From: a bacterium
Lineage (GTDB): Bacteria; Myxococcota_A; UBA9160; SZUA-336
DNA length: 64,000 nt
Reading direction: 5' to 3'
Assembly (NCBI GenBank): GCA_041498295.1
Contig: JBGQIB010000004.1
Location: 8 to 64,007 of the forward strand
The notes beneath the pieces are model-generated. The model was not told the origin of the DNA. It worked only from the letters and a program-made list of their open reading frames with translations, and ran no database searches. This document shows, one piece after another, positions 47,780 through 59,661 of this stretch; the first letter of the stretch is position 1; each line of letters starts with the position of its first letter. Position numbers and translations under genes: made by a program.

Positions 47780-48992
47780 GCCCTGGCCGCATCTGCCCGA
47801 GGACTTTCGGCAGAAGCATCGCTCCGTCTGGGTCGACATCGACAGTGCGCTCTATGACCCCGTCGTAGGCAACCGCGTCTACCACGAATACATGGATCAG
47901 CTCGAGTATGCCGACAGCCTGGGCTTCGACGGCATCGGCGTGAACGAGCATCACCAAAATGCGTATGGGCTCATGCCGTCGCCCAATATCATCGCCGCGG
48001 GGCTCGCGCGCCGGACGTCCCGCGCCGCGATCGCCGTGATCGGGAATTCGATCGCGCTCTACAACCCGCCGATCCGCGTCGCGGAGGAGTTCGCGATGCT
48101 CGACGTGATCTCCGGTGGCCGGCTGGTCGCCGGCTTCCCGGTCGGTACGCCGATGGACACGAACTTCTGCTACGGCCAGATCCCGGCGCTGACGCGCGAC
48201 AAGTACTACGAGGCGCACGAGCTGATCATGCGCGCGTGGGCGGAGCGCGAGCCGTTCGCGTTCGACGGGAAGTACAACCAGCTGCGCTACGTGAACTGCT
48301 GGCCGCGCCCGATCCAGAAGCCGCACCCGCCGATCTACATCCCGGGCGGCGGCTCGATCGAGACCTGGGACTTCTGCATCGAGCACGACTACAACTACTC
48401 GTATCTCTCCTACTCGGGTTACAAGGCGGGGAAGGCGCTGCTCGACGGCTACTGGGAGCGGGTCGCGGCACTGGGCAAGGACGAGTCACCGTATCGCGCC
48501 GCGTTCGCACAGGTCATCTGCGTGGCCGACACCGACGCGGACGCCGAGAAGCTCTACGCTGAGCACGTGCTCTACTTCTACAACCGCTGTCTGCACGTGT
48601 ATCTCGGCTTCGCGGATCCGCCGGGCTATCGCACCATCAAGACGATCCAGTCGGGCAAGCTGAATCAGTTCCGCGCCGAGAATCAGCAGCTATACACGTC
48701 GCTCAGTTGGAAGGATCTGGTCGATGGAGGCTACGTGATCGCCGGCTCGCCCGACACGGTGCGCGAGCGCATGGAGCACATGATCAAGGACCTGCGCCTC
48801 GGAGCGCTCTTCCTGTTGTTCCAGATCGGCAACATGCCCGACGACAAGGTGCGCCATTCGACGAAGCTGTTCGCCGAGCGCGTGATGCCGCAGCTGCGCG
48901 ACATCTGGCCCGAGTGGAAGCACGACGACCGCTTCTGGGTGAAGCCGCTCGAGTCACGCGTGCGCCCGGAGCTGCCCAGGAACGGCCGGTGA
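47754..48992 (+). CDS. LLM-class (luciferase-like) flavin/F420-dependent oxidoreductase
   Basis: GTG at 47754 has GGAGGA 6 nt upstream and gives 'VKFTWFNLMPWP', matching the MKFG.F LLM N-terminus. 412 aa. Confidence 0.75.
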   Translation: MKFTWFNLMPWPHLPEDFRQKHRSVWVDIDSALYDPVVGNRVYHEYMDQLEYADSLGFDGIGVNEHHQNAYGLMPSPNIIAAGLARRTSRAAIAVIGNSIALYNPPIRVAEEFAMLDVISGGRLVAGFPVGTPMDTNFCYGQIPALTRDKYYEAHELIMRAWAEREPFAFDGKYNQLRYVNCWPRPIQKPHPPIYIPGGGSIETWDFCIEHDYNYSYLSYSGYKAGKALLDGYWERVAALGKDESPYRAAFAQVICVADTDADAEKLYAEHVLYFYNRCLHVYLGFADPPGYRTIKTIQSGKLNQFRAENQQLYTSLSWKDLVDGGYVIAGSPDTVRERMEHMIKDLRLGALFLLFQIGNMPDDKVRHSTKLFAERVMPQLRDIWPEWKHDDRFWVKPLESRVRPELPRNGR

Positions 48993-49780
48993 TGCAAGAG
49001 CGGCGGATCGAGACGAAGCGCGGCTTGAAGTCGCGCGTCTTCGAAGCGGGGCAGGGCGCGCCGCTCGTGTTCTTCCACGGCGCGGGGGGACTCTTCAAGG
49101 AAGAGCCGCTGCTGGAGCGCTTGTCGGCGCGCTTCCACGTGTTCGCGCCCGAGTGGCCGGGCTACGGCGCCGACGCCGGCGAGGAGAAGCTCGAGGACAT
49201 GCTCGACTTCGCGCTGCACGGCTGGGACGTCGTCGATGCGCTGGGGCTCGAGCGGCCGAACGTGATCGGTCATTCGATGGGCGGAATGATCGCGGCCGAG
49301 ATGGCGTGCATCGCCAACCGCGCGCTCGCGAAGCTGGTGCTGATCGCGCCCGCGGGCGTGTGGATCGACTCACTCCCGGTCCCGGACATCTTCTCGATGC
49401 TGCCCTTCGAGCTCGTCGGCGCGCTGTTCGCCGACGCGAAGAACGGCGAGAAGTTCCTGACGGGCGGGATCGACTTCTCGAATCCGGACGCTCTGCAGCA
49501 GTTCCTGGTCCAGAACTCCCGGCGGCTCGGAACGGCGGGGAAGATCCTGTTTCCGATCCCGAACCGGCGCGTCTCGAAACGTCTGTATCGACTCACTGCG
49601 CCGACCTTGATCGTCTGGGGCAAGGCGGACAGGCTGATGCCGCCGCCTTACGCGGATCGCTGGCAGCAGCTCATTCCGCACGCGCGGCTCGCGCTCGTCG
49701 ACGGCGGCGGTCACATGGTGCCGCACGAGCAACCGGACGCGGTTGCCAGCGAGATCGAGCGCTTTCTCGGCAGTCCGTGA
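48992..49780 (+). CDS. Alpha/beta hydrolase
   Basis: The ATG overlaps the LLM stop (TGATG). 'VFFHGAGG' is the HG motif, 'GHSMGG' the nucleophile elbow, and 'GGGHMVPHEQP' the His region. Confidence 0.75.
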   Translation: MQERRIETKRGLKSRVFEAGQGAPLVFFHGAGGLFKEEPLLERLSARFHVFAPEWPGYGADAGEEKLEDMLDFALHGWDVVDALGLERPNVIGHSMGGMIAAEMACIANRALAKLVLIAPAGVWIDSLPVPDIFSMLPFELVGALFADAKNGEKFLTGGIDFSNPDALQQFLVQNSRRLGTAGKILFPIPNRRVSKRLYRLTAPTLIVWGKADRLMPPPYADRWQQLIPHARLALVDGGGHMVPHEQPDAVASEIERFLGSP

Positions 49781-51309
49781 GCGAAGTCGCGCACGCGCGC
49801 AGCGGCCGCCTCGAGGGCGCGCGCTCGCGCGGCGGCCTCGTGTTTCGCGGGATTCCGTACGCGGCGCCGCCGGTGGGCGGATTGCGTTTTCGCGCGCCGC
49901 AGCCCGTCGCCCCCTGGCGCGACGTGCGCAGCGCGACTCACTTCGGCGCCAGCGCGCCGCAGATGGGCGCGATGAACTGGCTGGTGGCCCGCGTGCTCGG
50001 CGCCACGGCGGGCCGCCAGAGCGAGGACTGTCTCACCCTGAACGTGTGGACCCCCGCGCTCGACGGCCGACGCCGAGCGGTGTTGGTCTTCGTGCACGGC
50101 GGCGCGTTCATCTTGGGCTCGGGCAGCACGCCGCTGTACAGCGGATCGCGCCTCTCGGCGCGCGGCGACGTCGTCGTGGTGACGCTCAACTACCGACTCG
50201 GGGCGCTCGGCTCGCTCGACCTGCGCGACGTCCTGCCCGACGGGCGCGACTCGGAGACGAACCTCGGACTGCGCGACCAACTCGCCGCGCTCGAGTGGGT
50301 GCGCGCGAACATCGACGCGTTCGGCGGCGATCCTGCGTCCGTCACGGTCTTCGGTGAGTCGGCCGGCGCGATGAGCTTGGGCGCGCTGCTCGCAAGCCCG
50401 CGCGCCCGCGGCCTGTTCCGGCGCGCGATCCTGCAGAGCGGCGCGGCACACAACGTATCGTCGCCCGCGCAGGCGCGGCGCGTCGCCGAGGAGTTCGTCT
50501 CGCGCCTCGGCCCCGCGGGCAAGAGCCTCGCTGGGCTGCGCGCCGCGGCGCCGGTCGAGCTCCTGCGTGCGCAGGCAGATACGGGCGCCGCGCTCGCGCT
50601 CGAGCTCGGCGGCCTCGCGTTCCAACCCAGCGTGGACGGCGACGTCCTGCCTGAGCCACCCCTCGACGCGCTGGCGCGCGGGGCGGCCTCCGACGTCGCG
50701 CTGCTCGCGGGCACGAACGCCGCTGAGTGGAAGCTCTTCATGCTCGGCGATCTGCGCGCGCGGCGCATGGACGACGAGATGCTGCGCCGCCGCTTCGCGC
50801 GCGCGCTCGGCGACGCGCACGTCGAGCGCGCCTTCACGGCGTACGCGCGCGCGCCGCTCGCGCGTGCTCCCGAGGCGCCCCACGAGCGCTGGTCGGCGTT
50901 CCAGTCCGACCGCGTCTTCACTTGGCCGGCGACTCGGCTGCTCGATCTGCACGCGTCTCAGTCGCGCGAGACCTACGCGTACCGCTTCGACTGGGCGCCG
51001 CCGCTCGCCGGCGCGCGCATCGGCGCGTGTCACGGCATCGAGCTCCCGTTCGTGTTCGGCGCGATCCTCGAGCCGTGGCTGCGGCCGGTGGTCGGCGCGG
51101 CGCCGGGCGCGCGCAAGCTCGCCCACCGCGTACAGGAGGCGTGGCTCGCGTTCGCAAAGACCGGTCACCCGGGTCACTCGGGATTGCCGTATTGGCCGTC
51201 CTATGACACCGACAAACGTCACGCGATGCAGCTCGGGCGGCGCTGCAGCGCCTTCCTCGACTACGGCCGCGACGCGCTGCACTTCTGGCAGTCATGCGAG
51301 AGCCCGTGA
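49777..51309 (+). CDS. Carboxylesterase type B (PnbA-like)
   Basis: The GTG overlaps the upstream stop (GTGA). 'EDCLTLNVWTP', 'VFVHGGAF', 'GGDPASVTVFGESAGA' and the C-terminal acyl-pocket blocks are present. Confidence 0.8.
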   Translation: MSEVAHARSGRLEGARSRGGLVFRGIPYAAPPVGGLRFRAPQPVAPWRDVRSATHFGASAPQMGAMNWLVARVLGATAGRQSEDCLTLNVWTPALDGRRRAVLVFVHGGAFILGSGSTPLYSGSRLSARGDVVVVTLNYRLGALGSLDLRDVLPDGRDSETNLGLRDQLAALEWVRANIDAFGGDPASVTVFGESAGAMSLGALLASPRARGLFRRAILQSGAAHNVSSPAQARRVAEEFVSRLGPAGKSLAGLRAAAPVELLRAQADTGAALALELGGLAFQPSVDGDVLPEPPLDALARGAASDVALLAGTNAAEWKLFMLGDLRARRMDDEMLRRRFARALGDAHVERAFTAYARAPLARAPEAPHERWSAFQSDRVFTWPATRLLDLHASQSRETYAYRFDWAPPLAGARIGACHGIELPFVFGAILEPWLRPVVGAAPGARKLAHRVQEAWLAFAKTGHPGHSGLPYWPSYDTDKRHAMQLGRRCSAFLDYGRDALHFWQSCESP

Positions 51310-52760
51310 AGTCGCCGGAACACCTCGAGTCACGGCGCGCGTTCGAGGCGGCCGCCGGCGTTCTGCTCGACGCGATCGACACGATCGCCCTCGTGCTCGA
51401 CCCCGCCGGACGGATCGTGCTCGCGAACCGCGCGTGCGAGGCGCTGCTCGGCATCCCCGTCGAGAAGATGCTCGGGCGCTCGCCGCTCGAGCTGGCCTTC
51501 GGGCCCGCGGAAGCGTGCGCCGAGCAAGCGATCGGTGACGCGCAGGTTCGCACGCCCGCCGGAGAGATCCGACTGGTGGCCTGGTCGAGCCGCGTCTTGT
51601 TCGAGCCCGACGGCACGGTGCGCTGCGTCGTGGCCACCGGCAGCGACGTCACGGACGCACGCGCGACGGAGCGCCGCCTGCGCGAGAGTGAGCGGCGCTT
51701 CCGCGAGCTGGCCGAGAACGTGAACGATCTGGTCGCCGAGCTGACGGCCGAAGGCACCTTCGCCTACGTGAACCCGCGCTTCGAAGCGGTGCTCGGCTTC
51801 ACTTCGGAGGAGTTACTCGGTCACTCCGTCTTCGAGTACGTACACCCCGGAGATCACGACGAGACGCGCTCCGTCATGCGCGAGTTCGATCGGCCGGGCA
51901 TGTCGCGGCAAACCACGATGCGCGTGCAGCACCGTGCGGGCGGGCATCGCTCGCTCGAGTCGGTCGCGCGCACCTTCGTCGCGCCCGACGGACAGCTCCG
52001 CTTCGCCGTGATCTCGCGCGACGTCTCGGAGCGCGCCGCGGCGGAGAACGAGCTGCGCCGCGTGGATCGCCTGGTCGCCATGGGCACGTTCGCAGCGGGC
52101 GTCGCGCACGAAATCAACAATCCGGTGGCCGCGATCCTGCTCGCCGCCGAGGTCGCGCTCGAGCGGCCACCTCTCGAGCTCGGCGACGCGCGAGACACGC
52201 GCGCCCTCGAGTCCATCGCGAATCATGCGCGTCGCTGCGCGGCGATCGTGCGCTCGATGCTCGGCTTCGCGGCACAGGGTCGCGGCGAACGGCGGCTGCA
52301 CGACGTGAACGAGCTCGTGGCGCACGCGATCGCGCTGTCCGATCCCTACGCCCGTGAGCACGGCGCATGCTTGCGGCTCGACGCGGAGGCGAGCCTGCCG
52401 CGCATCCGCTGCAACGGAATCGAGATCGAACAGGTGTTCGTCAACCTGTTGCGCAACGCGCTCGAGTCACGGCGCTCCGGCGTGTCGGTCGATGTCGAGA
52501 CACGCGCGCTGGATGACTCCGTCCGCGTCTCGGTCAGCGACGACGGCGAAGGCACTCCCGACACGCTGGGCGCACAGATCTTCGAGCCGTTCTACTCGAC
52601 GAAACACGCGAGCGGCGGGACGGGCCTCGGGCTCGCGATCTGCCTGCGGATCGTGGCGGACCACGGCGGCGAAATCCGCCTGGAGCATCGGCCGGTCGCC
52701 GGCACGCGCTTCATCGTCGAGCTGCCGACCGCGCGAGCGAGCTCGTGGCGAGCGTTCTGA
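51306..52760 (+). CDS. Cytoplasmic sensor histidine kinase with two PAS domains
   Basis: The GTG at 51306 overlaps the esterase stop (GTGA); ATG at 51294 is an alternative. Two PAS blocks are followed by H-box 'AAGVAHEINNPVAAI', N-box 'NLLRNALES', 'DDGEG' and 'GTGLGLAI'. Confidence 0.75.
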   Translation: MKSPEHLESRRAFEAAAGVLLDAIDTIALVLDPAGRIVLANRACEALLGIPVEKMLGRSPLELAFGPAEACAEQAIGDAQVRTPAGEIRLVAWSSRVLFEPDGTVRCVVATGSDVTDARATERRLRESERRFRELAENVNDLVAELTAEGTFAYVNPRFEAVLGFTSEELLGHSVFEYVHPGDHDETRSVMREFDRPGMSRQTTMRVQHRAGGHRSLESVARTFVAPDGQLRFAVISRDVSERAAAENELRRVDRLVAMGTFAAGVAHEINNPVAAILLAAEVALERPPLELGDARDTRALESIANHARRCAAIVRSMLGFAAQGRGERRLHDVNELVAHAIALSDPYAREHGACLRLDAEASLPRIRCNGIEIEQVFVNLLRNALESRRSGVSVDVETRALDDSVRVSVSDDGEGTPDTLGAQIFEPFYSTKHASGGTGLGLAICLRIVADHGGEIRLEHRPVAGTRFIVELPTARASSWRAF

Positions 52761-53119
52761 TCGCGGAGGACGAGCGCCAGCTCGCCGACACCCTGGCCGA
52801 GGTGTTGCGCGGCGCGGGTCACGCGGTGCGTATCGCGGAGGGCGGGAGTCAGGCGCTCTCGCTCGCAAGTGAATTTCCCCCGGACCTCCTGATCTCGGAC
52901 TGGGCGCTGGGGGGCACGCCTGACGGCATGGAGCTGATCGTGCGTCTGCGCGTGACTCGACCGGGCCTGCGCGCGATTCTGATGACCGGCTATCCGTCCG
53001 CGCGCCTGCGCGCCTTCGCGGGAGCCGATCCAGCGCTGGGCATGCTCGAGAAGCCGTTCTCGCTCGCCGAGCTCCGCGCGGTGCTCGCGCGTGTGCTCGC
53101 GGTCAAGGCACCGGCTTGA
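52745..53119 (+). CDS. Stand-alone response-regulator receiver (REC) domain protein
   Basis: 'VLIAEDERQ...DLLISDWAL...LMTGY...EKPF' carries the DD, D and K landmarks. The GTG start overlaps the kinase 3' end by 16 bp. Confidence 0.65.
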   Translation: MASVLIAEDERQLADTLAEVLRGAGHAVRIAEGGSQALSLASEFPPDLLISDWALGGTPDGMELIVRLRVTRPGLRAILMTGYPSARLRAFAGADPALGMLEKPFSLAELRAVLARVLAVKAPA

Positions 53120-55544
53120 GATTCCAGATCGCGGTCGCGTACTCGCGCACCGCCCGGTCGCTCGAGAAGTAACCCATGCGCGCGACGTTCAGGATCGCGC
53201 GCCGATCCCACTCGTCGCACAAGAGCCAGTCCCGCGCGACCTGCTCCTGCGCTTCGCCATACGAGAGGAAGTCCGCGAGCGCCAGCCAGCGGTCCTCGCG
53301 TTCGAGCCCGTCGACCAGGTGCGCGAAGCGCTGCGGCTCGTCCGGTGAGAAGCGGCCGGAGCGCAGCGCGTCGAGCACGCGCGCGATGCGCGGCGTGCGC
53401 GCGGCCAGCGCGGCCGGGTCGTAAGTGCCGCTCGCGCGCAGCGCGGCGACCTCGTCGGCGCGCAGCCCGAAGATGTACACGTTCTCGGCGCCCACGCGCT
53501 CGCGCATCTCGATCGTCGCGCCGTCGAGCGTGCCGATCGTGAGCGCGCCGTTCAGCGCGAGCTTCATGTTTCCCGTGCCCGACGCCTCTTGGCCCGCGGT
53601 CGAGATCTGTTCCGAGAGATCCGCCGCCGGAATGATCTTCTCGGCGAGTGATACTCGATAGTCCGGCACGAACACGGCGCGCAGCTTGCCGCGCGTGCGC
53701 GGGTCCTTGTTCACCACCGCCGCGACGTCGTTGATCAGCCGGATCACGAGCTTCGCCGCGAAATACTCGGGCGCTGCCTTGCCCGCGAAGATACACGCGC
53801 GCGGCGCGACGGGATCGCGGCCATCGTCGGAGATCTCGAGATAAGACTCGATGATGCGCAGCGCGGCGAGCAGCTGCCGCTTGTACTCGTGGATGCGCTT
53901 CACCTGCACGTCGAACATCGTGTCTGGGTCGAGGCGCACGCCGGTCGCCTGCGCGATCACGCCGCTTGCGCGCGCCTTGTTGCTGCGCTTCACGTCGCGG
54001 AACGCGCGCCTGAACTCCGGGTCCTCTGCGTGCGGCTCGAGCTCGCGCAGCGCCTCGAGGTCCGTCTTCCAGTCGTTGCCGATGCGCGAGGTGATCAAGT
54101 CCGAGAGACCGCGGTTCGCCTTCATCAACCAGCGGCGCGGCGAGACACCGTTCGTCTTGTTCTGGAAGCGACCCGGCCAGAGCTCCGCGAAGTCGGGCAC
54201 GAGCGAGCTCTTCACGAGCTCGGAGTGGAGCTTCGAGACACCGTTGACCGCATGACTGCCGACGATCGCGAGGTGGGCCATCCGCACCTGCTGTGGGTGG
54301 CCCTCCTCGATGATCGACATGCGCCGCCGGCGCTCGACGTCGCCCGGCCAACGCACCTCGACCTCGCCGAGAAAGCGCGCGTTGATCAGCTCGATGATCT
54401 GGAGGTGGCGCGGCGCGAGGTGCGCGAGCAGCGGTTTCGACCAGCGCTCCAGCGCCTCGGGCAGGAGCGTGTGATTCGTGTACGCGAAGCTGCGCTGCGC
54501 GAGCTCGAACGCGCGCTCGAACGGCATTCCGTGGTCGTCGACGAAGATGCGAATCAGCTCCGCCACGGCGAGCGCCGGATGCGTGTCGTTCAGCTGGATC
54601 GCGACCTTCTCGGGGAAGCTGTCGAAGCCGCGCCGCGTGGTGAGGTAGCGCGCGACGAGGTCGCGCAGCGAGCACGCGACGAAGAAGTACTCCTGCAGGA
54701 GCCGCAGCTCCTTGCCTTCGCTGGTCGAGTCGGGCGGATAGAGCACCTTCGAGACGCGCTCCGACTGCAGCTTCTGCTCGAACGCGCGCTGATAGTCGCC
54801 CTTGTGGAAGATGCCGATGTCGAATTCGTCCGAGGCCAGCGCCGAGTAGAGCCGCAGCACGTTCACCGTGCGCCCGCCGAAGCTGACGATGGGCAGATCG
54901 TCCGGCGCGCCGAGCAGAACGCGTTGGTGCGTCCAGCGCGTGTGTCGCAGGTCGTCGCCCGACGCAATCTTCTCGATCGTGCCGTACACCGGAATGCGTA
55001 GCGTCTCGTCGCGCTTCGCGATCATCCACGGCGAGCCCTGCGCGCGCCAGCTGTCGGGATACTCGCGCTGCTCGCCGTTCTCGATCGCCTGCCGGAAGAG
55101 GCCGTGCTCGTAGTTGATCCCGTAGCCGAAGCCGGGCATGTCGAGGCTGGCGAGTGAGTCGAGGTAGCAGGCCGCGAGCCGCCCGAGGCCTCCGTTGCCC
55201 AGCGCCGCGTCGGATTCGAGCTCGCGCAGCGCCTCGAGGTCGACGCCGAGCGACGCGAGTGTGCTGCGCACCGGCTCGAGCATGCCGAGGTTCAACAGGT
55301 TGTTGCCGAGAGAGCGCCCCATCAGGAACTCGACCGAGAAGTAGTAGAGGCGCTTCGCGTCCGCGGCGCGGTAGCGCTCCTCCGTGGCGAGCATCTGCTC
55401 GACGAGCGGCTCGCGCACCGACAGCGACACCGCCGTGAACAAGTCGCGCGGCGAAGCGTCCTGCCAGCGCTTTCCCAGCGCGTAGCGCAGGTTGCGCTGC
55501 ACCGACACGGCGAAGTCGGGCAGGGCGGCGGGGCTCTCGGTCAT
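53103..55544 (-). CDS. glgP: Glycogen/maltodextrin phosphorylase
   Basis: 813 aa. 'YFSVEFLMGRSLGNNLLNLG' and the PLP-site block 'EASGTGNMKLALNGALTIGTLDGA' are present. Confidence 0.9.
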   Translation of the reverse strand: MTESPAALPDFAVSVQRNLRYALGKRWQDASPRDLFTAVSLSVREPLVEQMLATEERYRAADAKRLYYFSVEFLMGRSLGNNLLNLGMLEPVRSTLASLGVDLEALRELESDAALGNGGLGRLAACYLDSLASLDMPGFGYGINYEHGLFRQAIENGEQREYPDSWRAQGSPWMIAKRDETLRIPVYGTIEKIASGDDLRHTRWTHQRVLLGAPDDLPIVSFGGRTVNVLRLYSALASDEFDIGIFHKGDYQRAFEQKLQSERVSKVLYPPDSTSEGKELRLLQEYFFVACSLRDLVARYLTTRRGFDSFPEKVAIQLNDTHPALAVAELIRIFVDDHGMPFERAFELAQRSFAYTNHTLLPEALERWSKPLLAHLAPRHLQIIELINARFLGEVEVRWPGDVERRRRMSIIEEGHPQQVRMAHLAIVGSHAVNGVSKLHSELVKSSLVPDFAELWPGRFQNKTNGVSPRRWLMKANRGLSDLITSRIGNDWKTDLEALRELEPHAEDPEFRRAFRDVKRSNKARASGVIAQATGVRLDPDTMFDVQVKRIHEYKRQLLAALRIIESYLEISDDGRDPVAPRACIFAGKAAPEYFAAKLVIRLINDVAAVVNKDPRTRGKLRAVFVPDYRVSLAEKIIPAADLSEQISTAGQEASGTGNMKLALNGALTIGTLDGATIEMRERVGAENVYIFGLRADEVAALRASGTYDPAALAARTPRIARVLDALRSGRFSPDEPQRFAHLVDGLEREDRWLALADFLSYGEAQEQVARDWLLCDEWDRRAILNVARMGYFSSDRAVREYATAIWNLKPVP

Positions 55545-57653
55545 CTCGAAGCTCCTTCGGGTTCGGCGCGCGGCGGCTTGACGCGGGCGGCGGCGCTCTC
55601 CACCAGAGTGCAGAGCGCGGAATCAGCGGCGAGCTCGTCGACGTCGCGCCGCATGCGCCGCGACCAGCTCCGGTGCACCTCGACGGGGATGCCCGGGAGG
55701 TTCAGCGGCTCGCGCTCGCCCGCGAGGTCGTCGAGCCCGAAGGCGACGAGGCGCGAGGGCGTGCGCGCGAGGAATAGCTGCGCGGCGCGCGTGAGTGAGT
55801 CCGTATCACTCGACGCGTCGAGCTCACCCTCGGCGCGGAGTCTTTCGGCGAGCGACTCGCGATCTGCGCCGCGCTCGCGCTGCGCGCGTTCGAGCGGCTC
55901 GCCGCGCGGCAGTGCGCCGATCTCGGCGCGCAGCTCGAGATCGCGGCCCTCGAGCCAGCCGGCGAGCGGCGGGAGGTCGTGAGTCACGACGAGCGAGAAC
56001 GCGCGCTCGGGGTAACTCGAGCTCGGTCGAAACGTCGCGCCGTCGCGCTCGAAGCAGAGCACGCGCATCGACAGGACGCCCCACGATTCGAGCTCCGGCG
56101 GCAGCTCCGCGGGCACCGTGCCGAGATCCTCGCCGATGACCAGCGAGCGCGCGTACCGGCTCTCGAGCGCGAGCACGCCGAACAGATCCGCCGCGGGCTG
56201 CGCGACGTACGTGCCCTCGCTGCCGGGGCGACCGGCGGGAATCCAGAACTGCCGCTGCAGACCCATGACGTGGTCGATGCGCAGCGCCCCCGAGGCGCGG
56301 AACGCGCCGCGCAGCAGGCGGCGCAGGAAGCGGTAGCCGTCGGCGCGCAGTCTGTGCGGCACCAGCGGCGGCAGGCCCCAGTTCTGTCCGGAGGCCGCGT
56401 ATGCATCGGGGGGTGCGCCGAGCGCCGCGCCCTCGGCGAAGAGCGTGCGACACATCCAAGTGTCGGCCGAGTCGGGTGCGCTGCCGATTGCGAGGTCCTT
56501 GCACACCCCGATGCGCATCCCGGCGGCGCGCGCCGCGTCGGCGGCGGAGCCGAGCTGCAGCGCGAGCTCGGCCTGCAGCCAGCAGCGGAAGTCGATCTCC
56601 TCGGCATGCGCCAGCGTGAACTCGCGCAGCTCGGCCGAGCGGGGATCGCGCAGCTCCGCGGGCCAGCGGCGCCAGTCCGGCTCGCGCAGCTCGGCTTGCG
56701 CCACTTCGAAAGTGGCGAAGTCGACGAGCTCGGGTCCGGCCTCGCTGCGCGCGCGCGCCTGCGCGCGGCCCCGCGCCGTCTCGCCGTCGCGCTCGCCCGC
56801 CTGGAAGGCGCGGTAGAGCTCGCGCAGCACGGAGAGCTTCGCGGCGAGAATCGCCGCGTGGTCGAGCTCGTGCGCGGCGCGCAGGCGCTCGAGCGGCAGC
56901 TGCGTCGCCACGGCGCGCGCGCGTGTCGCGTGCGCGAACTCAGGTACCGCCTCGACGTCGAGATACAGCGGGTTCATGAAGATCCGCGAGAGGGGGCTGT
57001 AGGGCGCGATCGCGTCACCGCGGTTCGCGAGCGCGTGCAGCGGATTCACCGCCACGAAGTCCGCGCCCAGTGGCGCAAGCCACTCCGCCAGCCGCGCCAG
57101 ATCCGAAAAATCGCCGAAGCCCCAGTTCTCCCGACTCCGAACGGTGTAGAGGTTCGTCCAGACGCCGAGCGCGCGCGCGCCGCCGAGCGCTTCGTCCGCG
57201 CGCCAGGCCGTGCGCGGCGCGACGATCAAGAGCTGGCTCGCGGCTCGTCCCGCGAGCTCGACCCGGAGCTCGTATGCGCCGGGCTCGAGCTCGGCGGGCA
57301 ATGCGAGCTCGCCCGCGGCAACGCGCGCAGTCACGCTCGAGCGCTCGCCCGACTCGAGCGCGATCTCGACCTGCGCCTCGCCATCCGCCGCCCCGCGCAC
57401 GCGCAGGCTCGGAGGCGCGCCCGGTGTCTGGCGGAAGACGCGCACCGGCTCGAGCCACTGCTCCGCGTCCGTGGCCACCCCCTCCGCGAGCCGCACCTCG
57501 GCCTCCGCCTCGCTGCCGCAAGCGAACCCCATCGCCGTACACAGCGCTTCGCGCGTCGCATCGCTCGTCGGGCGGTGCACGCCCGCGATGTCGTGATAGC
57601 TCGAGAACACGCCGAGCCGCTCCGCGAGCCTGCCGAGCGCGGGCCGCGCCGAC

Positions 57654-57661
<8 letters not shown>
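55541..57661 (-). CDS. malQ: 4-alpha-glucanotransferase (amylomaltase)
   Basis: 706 aa with the GH77 blocks 'RIDHVMGL', 'IGEDLGTVP' and 'HDLPPLAGW'. Confidence 0.85.
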
Positions 57662-59657
<1,996 letters not shown>

Positions 59658-59661
59658 TCGC

